A stretch of 56,383 nt of DNA, the filler included, from Malassezia furfur (Eukaryota), in assembly GCA_052055015.1 (NCBI GenBank). It is 3 parts of 3 records of this genome, joined end to end, with 100 filler letters (N's around TTAATTAATTAA, not from the genome) between each part and the next. Parts side by side here need not be neighbours in the genome. Positions count along the whole stretch, not along the records: positions 1 to 18,746 come from JBQJIT010000203.1; positions 18,847 to 37,586 come from JBQJIT010000204.1; 1 more part is not named here. The stretch is one strand, 5' to 3'. A model generated the notes under the pieces. The model did no database searches and was not told the DNA's origin. It saw only the letters and a program-made list of their open reading frames with translations. Numbering within the stretch: the first letter of the stretch is position 1; each line of letters starts with the position of its first letter. Of the stretch, positions 10,363-19,215 are shown piece by piece. The position numbers and the translations under genes are program-made.

Positions 10363-11767
10363 CTATGGAACCCATTGAGGAGCGACGCCTACATACTGGC
10401 CCACGTCCGATACGGCACGCCGTCGCTTCACGGGCTGTGCATCCAAGCCCTCCAGGTTGCGCTCCCAATGTGCATTGCACTCCACCAGCTGATCGTGCCT
10501 GGTGCTCAGCGTGTTCAATTCTCCGTGCAGCGCATCGATGTGCGTCGAAAGTGCCTCAATCTTTTGGGCGCGCGCGTCTTCATCGGCCAGAGAGGCGATT
10601 TCGGCCAGCAAATCCGCCTGTTTGGAGCGCTGCGCGTAAGCCTCTTCATACCAGGCCACTCGATCCAGCTCCTCCTCCAAATGCGCAACATGCGCACGCA
10701 GCTGTGATTCGTTCTGCATCGCTGCTTGGAGCGTAGCATCGACCTGCGCCTTGGCCTCATGTTGCAAACTCCGCTCCTTGGCATGTAACGCGGCCAACAC
10801 TTGGCTGTGGACTGCATGGGTATGATTCAGCTGTGCCTCGAGCCATGCGCATCGGTCTTCCGCCATTTGCAGCTTGGACTGGTACCATGCTGCTTCGGCG
10901 GTTGCGTGTTCTTCCGTGAGACGCGCATAGGCAAGCCGGTCCTCGTCCAGCTCGACCAGGGCGGCTCTGTTCTCGAGTTCGTCTTCCAGCGTATTGCAGT
11001 GAGCTTGCAGATGACGAAGTTGGGTATGTGCCTCTTCGAGGTCCATAAGGAGCGCATCGCGCTGTGCCTGGGTAGTGGCCAGTTGCTCTGCGATCTCAGA
11101 ATGGTCGTCTGCGTGAGAGACAATTTGGACGAGGGGCGGTCGAGGGGAAAAGGGCCGCGAAGGTGTTTGACGTGCCAGGCTCCCAGCGGCCCGCGCAATG
11201 CATCGAAGATTGTTTTGGAGAAGCTCTTCGACTTCTCGCTGCTCCTGCACCTCGTCCAACTCAGCAGCAAGTTCAGCGCAACGAGCCGCGTGTGCCTCTG
11301 CTTCAGACTCGGCTTGGGCACGCTTCTGCTGTGCCTCCTCCAAAGCACGTTGTGTGACTTGCCCTTTGCTCATATATACCGCGCGCTCCTTGTAGCGAGC
11401 AATGGTCGTTTCTTGTTTCTCCAACTGTGCCCGGAGTTTGAGCTCGCGTTGCCGCCCGAGTTCTGGGTGAGAAGAACCACGTACGAATTTCTGTGCGGAG
11501 ATCCTCACGCTCATTTTGCAAGGCATGTTTCTCCTTGCGTAGGTCATCGAGCAAGGCTTCCGCCATGCGTGCAATCTCGTCCGCCGGCTTGTTCCTGGGA
11601 AGCGTCTGGGTATGATAGGGGATATTCTCGCGTTCCTCCAATGGCATGAGACTCGCACGAGGTGTACGAGACTGCGGAGTACGTATAGGGAGCCTTGAGT
11701 GGACATCCGATGCGCGCCGCGGCGTCTGCGGCACCGGAATCATCGGCCTCCCTGGCGTCCGCTCCAT
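10363..11767 (-). CDS. Long coiled-coil protein of unknown function
   Basis: Two ORFs joined by the 22-nt intron 11463-11484; TP-rich N-terminus followed by an E/Q/A/L heptad pattern. Confidence 0.7.
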
Positions 11768-11813
11768 GGCTGGAGAACAACACTGGACGCGTTGGTCACG
11801 TGCTGTGGGGACT

Positions 11814-12470
11814 AAGTCGTGTCGGTGTCACTTCACGACACGACTTCTGCCCTAGGTACTGTGAAGGCTATCCTCGTAAGAATATGTGCATCTGACACCG
11901 TTTGAATCGGCAAAAGCGAGCTCAGATCTTAGAAAATGGGTTTACGCTGCGTCTGAGCCGGCAAGACATATTCATAAGCAGAGGAATTTTTAATATTTAG
12001 CCTGGCCACAGAGAACCACAGTCCATTGGGTGTTGCTCGTCTTGAGGGTGCACCGCCTGTTATAGGAGTGATCGCTCCTCTTGGAGAAATCCACTCACCT
12101 TGGGCAGCATCATTCATCAGAGTCGTACTGCATGGTTGCCACATGGCAGGACTACCTAAAACTAAACATCAGCGGGGTAGCCTGTAAATGTCCCAATTTT
12201 TCGTACCGCGATCCAGTAGGGTTTCTTGAAACCTAGGGCAGGAAAAAGGAGATGGTGCCCCGAAACGCGGAGTACAACCCAGAATTGACTCCGAGAAGCC
12301 ATTCTTCCTATTTCTTTATCCTAGATCTTCGCTTTAGTCGCCTGACATCTACTTGGATAGAGCACGTAGTTGTATACACTGGAAAAACGGAACGTGTCGG
12401 CTCAGAATTTGGATACCAAGTTCGCCGGCCATGTCGCTCGTACCTCGTTTTGGTATCAAATTCCCCTACC
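11814..12470. ncRNA. Candidate structured non-coding RNA (class unknown)
   Basis: Unusually long lower-GC intergenic gap with many helices, including perfect 11-bp pairings 11814-11824/11836-11846 and 11847-11857/12231-12241, and a 14-bp stem 12405-12419/12450-12463. Confidence 0.35.
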
Positions 12471-12530
12471 TGGGAACCCGAGCTACACGGAACAATGAGA
12501 CATATCCCTTGCAGGCTATACGATGGGTAT

Positions 12531-15500
12531 CTAGGGCGCCGAGTCGGCAAAGTGCGCGTCACGGCGCAAAATGCTGTGCACTAGCACCGATGGCGCTGAG
12601 CGCGTCTCGGGCATGGCCACGGGTGCGGCGCTTGGCCCCGTGTTGCGTTTCGCTTTGCCCATCCGTCGGCGGTCGATGCCGTGGCGCCCTCCACGCTCTT
12701 GGCGCCAGTGCGGCTCGTGGCTGTACTCCTCGAGCAGGCGCGCGCGGCGCTCCTGGAGCTCGCGTGGGAGGTTCGCTACGTCCACCTGACCCGTCTTGAA
12801 CAAGAGCCGGGTAAACTCGGTCTCTTCCTCCTCGTACGTCCGTGGCGCGGTTACGGTGCGTCGTGGGCGCAGTTTGGTCAGCACGGCATCGGTCTCGTCG
12901 TCGTCCGAGGATGGTGCGTGCTCCGACGCTTCGTCCCGTGCCTGCGCACGGCGGCGGAGCTCGGCGCGCAGGTCGTGCGTCGTGACCCGCGCTTCGTCGT
13001 CGCTGCTGGCCTCGCCGAGGAAGTCGTAGCGCTCCGCCTCTTCGGTGGCATGCGTCTCGTTGTAGGTTTCGACGAACGCGCGCGAATCCTCGCGCTCCGC
13101 CAGCGCCTGCAGGCCATCCTGCTCGATGCGGCGGCGCTTTGCCTGGAACGAGGGCGCGTGTAGCTTGCGGCGCAGCTCGTCCTCGTCAGCGTCCTCGTCG
13201 AGCATGTCAGCGAGTGGGTCGTCGAGGCGACGGCGCCGGCTGCGCAGCATACCTTTGGCGGCGCGTTCATGGAGCGCCTGCATCGCAGCGTCGTCCTCGT
13301 CGCGGTGCTGCTGGTATCGGAGCCGCGCCGCCTCGTCCTGTTCCTCCTCGTTCTCGTCGCGCTCGTCGTCCAGCAGCGACTCGAGGTCCGCGTCGTCGTC
13401 CGAGTCCTCCTCGGGCTCCGATGCCGAGCCGCGGTCACTGAACACGCCCGTCAGACCACCGTGCTCGCCGTCGTCCGGTCGATCTTCGTCGGACTCTTCG
13501 GCCTCGCCAGAGACAAACTCGGAGCGCTCGCGGCGCGACTTTGTGCGCTTCGAAGGCTGACCGAGCAGCGCGGACCAGTGCGCACGGGCATCCGAAGCGA
13601 CCGCCAGGTCGGCCTCCGCGTCAGATGCGTCCGCGTCGGACGGCGCATCCGACGGTGCAGCATCGCTCTCTTCGTCCGAGGTACCGGGGGAGTACAGCGG
13701 CGCACTGGTGTGCCGTTGCGACGACGGCGGCGCCGCCTCGCTGCCGTCCGATGCGGGGCCCTCACTCGGTCGCCGCCGCGGTGATCCGTCGTGCTCGGCT
13801 GGCACAGACTCTGTGCGGCGCTGCGACGGCGACGGGTCGAGCACATGCAGCGCCTGGCTCGGCGTGTCCTCCGCCGGCTTGGTCTGCGTAAAGAAACCGT
13901 CCTGGTTGATGTACATGACCTCGTTGGCGGCCGAGACGGTGCGCCGGTCGCGCCACTCCTCGCCACGCTCTGCGAGGGATGGGTCGAGCGACGGAAGCAT
14001 CTCGGGCGAGAGGAGCGCGCGTGCATCCTCGCGTTGTTGTCGGCGCAGCGCCGCAAATCCGTCCGAGGCCGCCGCGTGCGTTGGCGGCGGCATCGCTTCC
14101 TGCGACCGCGTCGGGCGCATCGATGCCGAAGCGGATGGCGTTGGCTCAAAGAACTGCGTCATGCCACCGACCGGGCCGTCGCGTTTCTGGTTCGCAAACA
14201 GGTCGAGCGACGCGCCGCGCGCCGGCCCGTCCTGCGTGCTCTCGAAGAACTGCGCAAGCACCGACGAGTTGGAGTTCGTGCGCGCACTCGGCTCCTCCCA
14301 TCCCGCTGACGCACGCAGCGGCGCTGGGCTCGGCGACGCGCGCGACGGCACCTGCGTCGGCGCAAAGAAGCGGCCTAGGTCGACATCCAGCTCGTTGTCG
14401 TCGGCCGCCGGGAGGATCGGCGAGAGCGGCACGTTCTCCTTCTCGCTGTTGTGGGCGCTGTGCGTCGACGCACTGCGTCGGGACGCAGGGCTGCCACTGT
14501 GCGGCGATGCACTTGCATCGCTGGCCGCGGATGACGCTGTGCCTTGCCCCTCGCTCCAGTCGCTGTCGTCGTCACTCGCAGACGATGCGCGGCGTGCACG
14601 GCCGCCGTATGTCTTGGGGCCGTCGGCCGGCGCCGCCGGCGCCGGGGCGGTCGGTAGGTCGAGCTCGGCGGGCGCGCGCTTCGACCGCTTCGCCGCAAGC
14701 CGCGCGTTCTGCTCGTAGGTCTTTTGGAGGAGCGTCTCATTGAGCTGCGCCAGGTCCATGACCAGCGGGACGTGCTTCACCGCGTCGTGATGCACGGTCT
14801 GCTTCTCGCCCGCGCGACTCGGCGACGTGGGAGGCAGCGTGCCTGCGACCTTGTGCGCTGCCAATGCAAACGCATGGGCGGCGGCATTCATCTCGCGGTC
14901 CGTCACGGGCGGCGCCGCGGGCGTATGCGCATTCGGCGAACGGTACACGTCAGAGGAGATGCGCCGCGCACGCGGCGTGCGTGGCCCCGCGCCGAGCTGG
15001 ATCAGCTGGTGGTCCGCCTCGGCTCGGTCGGTGTCCTTGGGCGGCGGGCGGAAGAGCACCTTTTTCGCGCGCTGCTGCTTGGGCTGCGACGCAAGCGCCA
15101 CGACCTCGACGTCGCTGTCTGCGTCGTCGAGCACGGATGTCTGGTGTGCACGCAGCATAGCCCACTTGCGCTGGATCCGCTCCTGGTTGGGATCGGCCGG
15201 CACGCTCGGCACCGGGCGCGGCGCTGGCTCCGGCGTGGACCGCGCAGCAGTCGACGAGGATTCCACCGGGTCCGAGCTGCTGTGCGCCTCCGGACGCGAC
15301 TCGGCATGCTGGATGGTGCTGAGCAGCTCCGAGAGCTGGTACCGCTTGGGTTCCGGCCGCTCGATCGTCGCGCGGTGCTCACGCCGCAGACGCGCCGACA
15401 TGCTGTGCATTTCGCGCTGCTCCTTGCGCGAGAGGCCTTTGGCACGTGGGCGCGCGGATGGCACATCCATCTCTGACTCGCTGCTCGTGTCGTTCAGCAG

Positions 15501-16019
15501 GGCCGACTTTTTCGGCGAGACGCGCAGCGGCGACGGCGACTTGCTCGCGAGCGGCGACGAGCCGCGCGCGGCTTGGACCGGAGCCTCGTCGTCCTCATCG
15601 TCGGCTGTATGCTGGGCCGCGCGCTGCCGCGCCAAATCTCGCAGACGATCCATGCGTGAGCGACGAGCATCGACTTCGTCGTCGCTCTCGTCCAAGAACA
15701 ACGGCTCCTGTGCCGACTCGTCGCGTGCGCGCATCCGCGCGGCCATAGAGGTGCGTGGGGGATGCGGCGCCTCGCCCTCACTCTCTTCCAGATCCGTCTC
15801 GAGCTCGGGCGTCGGGGGGCGTGTCGCGCGCTTTTCGGGGGCCGACGCGAGGCTCGTGTCGTAGCTTGTATCCGCGTGACTCGCCGAGGCGCCGCGCATG
15901 CGCGGCGACGACCCCATCTGGAACGATGGGGAGCTCGAGGGGGACGGTGTAGAACGCTCGTCACGCTCCGGCGGGGGGGTACGCCCGACACGCAGCGGGG
16001 GGGCGACGATCCCTGCCAT
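12531..16019 (-). CDS. MRC1: Replication checkpoint mediator Mrc1/Claspin
   Basis: Low-complexity protein with SQ/TQ sites (FFAPTQ, FFESTQ, FFTQT) and the MRC1 domain SEFVSGEAEESDED...DLESLLDD. Confidence 0.82.
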   Translation of the reverse strand: MAGIVAPPLRVGRTPPPERDERSTPSPSSSPSFQMGSSPRMRGASASHADTSYDTSLASAPEKRATRPPTPELETDLEESEGEAPHPPRTSMAARMRARDESAQEPLFLDESDDEVDARRSRMDRLRDLARQRAAQHTADDEDDEAPVQAARGSSPLASKSPSPLRVSPKKSALLNDTSSESEMDVPSARPRAKGLSRKEQREMHSMSARLRREHRATIERPEPKRYQLSELLSTIQHAESRPEAHSSSDPVESSSTAARSTPEPAPRPVPSVPADPNQERIQRKWAMLRAHQTSVLDDADSDVEVVALASQPKQQRAKKVLFRPPPKDTDRAEADHQLIQLGAGPRTPRARRISSDVYRSPNAHTPAAPPVTDREMNAAAHAFALAAHKVAGTLPPTSPSRAGEKQTVHHDAVKHVPLVMDLAQLNETLLQKTYEQNARLAAKRSKRAPAELDLPTAPAPAAPADGPKTYGGRARRASSASDDDSDWSEGQGTASSAASDASASPHSGSPASRRSASTHSAHNSEKENVPLSPILPAADDNELDVDLGRFFAPTQVPSRASPSPAPLRASAGWEEPSARTNSNSSVLAQFFESTQDGPARGASLDLFANQKRDGPVGGMTQFFEPTPSASASMRPTRSQEAMPPPTHAAASDGFAALRRQQREDARALLSPEMLPSLDPSLAERGEEWRDRRTVSAANEVMYINQDGFFTQTKPAEDTPSQALHVLDPSPSQRRTESVPAEHDGSPRRRPSEGPASDGSEAAPPSSQRHTSAPLYSPGTSDEESDAAPSDAPSDADASDAEADLAVASDARAHWSALLGQPSKRTKSRRERSEFVSGEAEESDEDRPDDGEHGGLTGVFSDRGSASEPEEDSDDDADLESLLDDERDENEEEQDEAARLRYQQHRDEDDAAMQALHERAAKGMLRSRRRRLDDPLADMLDEDADEDELRRKLHAPSFQAKRRRIEQDGLQALAEREDSRAFVETYNETHATEEAERYDFLGEASSDDEARVTTHDLRAELRRRAQARDEASEHAPSSDDDETDAVLTKLRPRRTVTAPRTYEEEETEFTRLLFKTGQVDVANLPRELQERRARLLEEYSHEPHWRQERGGRHGIDRRRMGKAKRNTGPSAAPVAMPETRSAPSVLVHSILRRDAHFADSAP

Positions 16020-16168
16020 GCACGCAAGAGCTGCAAAGGGGTACGCGCTGGAAGCGTAAGAGGCCCGCGACGCGTGCCAGCCATGTGGAGACGCGCGCGC
16101 GCGCGCGTCGGGCTTAGCTAAGCGGCGCGAAGCTTGCCGCGGCAGCCAGGGCGGCGCACGGAGGAGCG

Positions 16169-17881
16169 CTACGGGGCGGCGTCGGCCGCGTCGCTATGAT
16201 CCTCGCGTGAAGTGTGCGCGGGTGCGGGCGTGCCTTCGCCCTCGCCATCCGCCGACCAGTAGTGCTGTGCGAATCCGGCCATTCCCTGCTCGAGCTGCGC
16301 CGGGGCGCCTGCGCCCTCCTTCCGGTCCAGACCGACCCACGAGCGCTGCTGGTGGTGCTGCAGCGCGGCGCTGTCGAGCACCTTGACCATCTTCCCGGAG
16401 GCGTCGCGCACCGCAAGCTCATGGGGCGCGACGTCTAGCCGCTGGAGCGCACGCTCCGCGCCTTCGACGCCGTCGGCGCCCGCTGCGTCGTCGTCGGGCT
16501 GCCCGCCATAGCGCGTGCGGGTGACATAGGTGCCGGTCGCGAACGAGTAGTGCGGTTGTTCCTCGTGCGCCTCATCGGTCGCGACCTGCTCGGCATCGTG
16601 CACTGCCTCGCTCAGGTCCAGGACGTAGTCGCCCGTCCACGGCACCTCGTTGCCGCTGTGCGCTCGCACGGCGAGCATCATTTCCCATGGCGTGACAATC
16701 GGACGCAGGAACTCTTTGGTATCGAGCAGCGAGTTCTCAGGGCACGCCACAAGCACAAACGCGTCAATCTCCTGAAAGTTGGCGAGCTTCGCAGGGTTGA
16801 GCTTGCCGACACTGATGGTATAGACCTTGCGCTGCGACACGGGCGACGTCAGGACTCGCCGCAGCTCGCGCACGAGCGGCAGGTAGTTTTGCACGCCGAG
16901 CGTGCCGATCACCAAACCGATCACGGACGCGTCGCGCGCTTTCTGGATGGTCGCGTAGCGGCGCATGAGCAGCTTGTTGGTCGCGCCCGTCTCGACGCGG
17001 GTGCGCTGTGTGCGGGGGTCGTACGACACCACGGGGTGGTGTGTGCCGAGCGTGAGCAGCAGGTGCGTCAGGGCGCGCGACGGAGGACCAAGGTACAGCA
17101 CGCCCGTGTGCGCGAGTGTGACGCCGTCGGGCAGGTCGACGTGCCGCCCGGCGCCGAGCAGCGAGGTCGACAGCGCCGTCGGTGGGTCGCGCCGCGGTTC
17201 CGGAGCCGGGGACGCTGCGCCCGCCTGCCGCGCCGCGAGGCGCTCCGTGTAGGTGCGCTGGGTATCCATGTGCGAGAGCACGAGCGGGAGGCGCAGCTTG
17301 GACTGCAGCTGTGAGTAGACGAGGTCGATGGCATGTGCGTAGGCGACGTCGTAGGTCAGTACGAGCGCCTGCAGCTCGTCCTGAGGCAGGCCGTCCGCGG
17401 CGGCGTGCAGCGCGTCGACGGCCGCGGCAGCATCCACATCGTGCCGTGGGAAGACGTAAAGTGCGGGGATCTGTGCCGTGGGGCTCAGACAGGTGTGCCC
17501 GTAGTGCACGACGGCGTCCGCCTGGACGTGCGCCGCAGCGACTTCGTCGACGCAGCAGCTGCCGTAGCTGGTGTCGGCGAGGATATAGAGCTGCGGCGGT
17601 GCATCGGTGATCCGCGCAAGGGCCCGTTGCAGTGCATGGAAGAGCGGCACGGAGTCAATCAGTGCCTCGTCGGGGAACTGCAGCGCGACGCGGCGCAGCG
17701 GCGGCGTGATGCGCTCGTCGGTGCCTGGCACCCACACGAGGTCGCGCGCGGTGCGCTCGACGCAGTACACGTCCTCAATTGCCTGGTGCGTATGTGCGGC
17801 CGTCGCACGCACGGCGTCGTCATCCAGCTCGACTTCGTGCTCGATGACCGCCGCGTCGGCGGAGCTGAAGGCGGTGGCCAT
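16169..17881 (-). CDS. DPH2: Diphthamide biosynthesis protein 2
   Basis: ALQFPD, ILADTSYGSCCVDEVAAAH, VGKLNPAKLANFQEIDAFVLVACPENS. Confidence 0.93.
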   Translation of the reverse strand: MATAFSSADAAVIEHEVELDDDAVRATAAHTHQAIEDVYCVERTARDLVWVPGTDERITPPLRRVALQFPDEALIDSVPLFHALQRALARITDAPPQLYILADTSYGSCCVDEVAAAHVQADAVVHYGHTCLSPTAQIPALYVFPRHDVDAAAAVDALHAAADGLPQDELQALVLTYDVAYAHAIDLVYSQLQSKLRLPLVLSHMDTQRTYTERLAARQAGAASPAPEPRRDPPTALSTSLLGAGRHVDLPDGVTLAHTGVLYLGPPSRALTHLLLTLGTHHPVVSYDPRTQRTRVETGATNKLLMRRYATIQKARDASVIGLVIGTLGVQNYLPLVRELRRVLTSPVSQRKVYTISVGKLNPAKLANFQEIDAFVLVACPENSLLDTKEFLRPIVTPWEMMLAVRAHSGNEVPWTGDYVLDLSEAVHDAEQVATDEAHEEQPHYSFATGTYVTRTRYGGQPDDDAAGADGVEGAERALQRLDVAPHELAVRDASGKMVKVLDSAALQHHQQRSWVGLDRKEGAGAPAQLEQGMAGFAQHYWSADGEGEGTPAPAHTSREDHSDAADAAP

Positions 17882-17945
17882 GTGTGGAGGAGGACGAGCG
17901 AGGCGACGCGCGGAGGGGTTTTTTTTTGGGCGGCTGACCAATCCG

Positions 17946-18746
17946 CTAGGCACTACGGGGCAGCTGCGCAAGGTAGTGCGCGAGGGCGAGAAAGTGCTGC
18001 TCGGCGATGCTCGAGAAGTAGAACTCGTGCTCGGAGTTGTGGTCGGTCACCAGGTTGTGTGCGAGCTCGTGTGCCACCGAAAAGTACACCGAGACGAGCG
18101 GCGCCGCGAGGCGGCCGTGGCGCACGTCGTCGTCGTGCCACGCGAGGTAGTAGCGTAGGTTGAGGAACAGGCTGCCCCCCCGGTTGAATGCAATGCTCGG
18201 CCCCTTGGTGTCGCAGAACACGTTGAGGCAGCGCACGTCGAGCTCAAAGAGGCGGCCGACCGGCAGGTAGACGTGCTCGATGAGGCGCTGGAGTGCCTCG
18301 CCGTTGTGCTGCAGCGTCTTGCTCGGGTCGAGCTCGACGCTGGTGTACACGTTCATGCCCGCGACCTGCCCCGCGAGGTGCAAGTCGGTATGGATGCCGG
18401 TCACGTCGCAGTAGCTCGTGGCGGCCGCACGCACCTCGCGCTGCTGCGCCTGCGACTGGATGACGTGTGCGCCTTCGGGGCGCGACGCCTGGATCGCCTG
18501 CTGCACGTGCTGCCGGATGTTGGCCGTGGGCGTGACGTGCGCGTCGTCAGGCGCGGGCGTCGGCGTCGGCGGCATCGGTGGGCGCCGCTGGATCGACGAG
18601 GTGCCGTTCGCGAGCGACGAGAGCTTCGTCGAGGTGAACCGGTTCTTCCAGTGCTGGAAGAGGCCGCCGCTCGCGCCCTGGAGCGCGCTCACGTCCAGGG
18701 GCGGCTGCGCCCCCGGCGGCGGCGGCGGCTGCGGCGTCGGCACGAG
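17946..18746 (-). CDS. C-terminal fragment of a large fungal protein (DUF3684/sacsin-like HATPase type) with HEXXH motif; truncated at spacer
   Basis: SIAFNRGGSLFLNLRYY and SVAHELAHNLVTDHNSEHEFY. Confidence 0.65.
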   Translation of the reverse strand, partial: LVPTPQPPPPPGAQPPLDVSALQGASGGLFQHWKNRFTSTKLSSLANGTSSIQRRPPMPPTPTPAPDDAHVTPTANIRQHVQQAIQASRPEGAHVIQSQAQQREVRAAATSYCDVTGIHTDLHLAGQVAGMNVYTSVELDPSKTLQHNGEALQRLIEHVYLPVGRLFELDVRCLNVFCDTKGPSIAFNRGGSLFLNLRYYLAWHDDDVRHGRLAAPLVSVYFSVAHELAHNLVTDHNSEHEFYFSSIAEQHFLALAHYLAQLPRSA

Positions 18747-18846
18747 NNNNNNNNNNNNNNNNNNNNNNNNNNNNNNNNNNNNNNNNNNNNTTAATTAATT
18801 AANNNNNNNNNNNNNNNNNNNNNNNNNNNNNNNNNNNNNNNNNNNN
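18747..18846. other. Artificial contig/segment spacer
   Basis: N44-TTAATTAATTAA-N44, giving stops in all six frames; flanking genes are cut. Confidence 0.98.
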
Positions 18847-19181
18847 GCCGACGACGCAGCGCGTGCGGCGCCCGTCGGCGTAGGCGCCGTGGCGCCCATG
18901 GGGTGTGCGCCCGCGACCGCCACGCCGGGGTACTGCGGCAGCTCCGCAGGGCTCGGCAGCACCTCGGTCTTGATCGCGCTCACAGGCACCGCGGCGGGCG
19001 GCGGCGCCGCGGCGGCTTTCGGCTCCTCGTCGTCGAGCAGGCGATCGATCGACGCATCGCGCTTCGGCGACGACGCCGCCACGTCTACGGACCCCTCGGT
19101 AGGGGCGGGCGACGACGCGGCATGCACCGCAGCGTCGTGCACGCCGCGCGCGGGCCCGACGTCGTCCGTCGCGGCCTGCAT
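18847..19181 (-). CDS. N-terminal fragment of an unidentified Pro/Ala-rich protein, truncated at spacer
   Basis: ATG at 19181, open frame running into the spacer (MQAATDDVGPARG...SIDRLLDDEEPK). Confidence 0.55.
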
Positions 19182-19215
19182 GAAGAAAAGCGGTTCGGCC
19201 GGCCGTGGAGGTATG

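Noticed and set aside
11930..11945. AGAAAATGGGTTTAC resembling RNase MRP CR-V
   Set aside because: No matching upstream GAAAGTCCCC-type CR-I was found, so no specific RNA class is assigned.
16092..16106. (CG)n run upstream of MRC1 (also 21979-21990)
   Set aside because: Short microsatellites expected at this GC content; no evidence of function.
18747..18846. TTAATTAATTAA palindrome within N runs (also 37587-37686)
   Set aside because: Artificial six-frame-stop linker. Adjacency across it is not biological, and the truncated genes are not pseudogenes.
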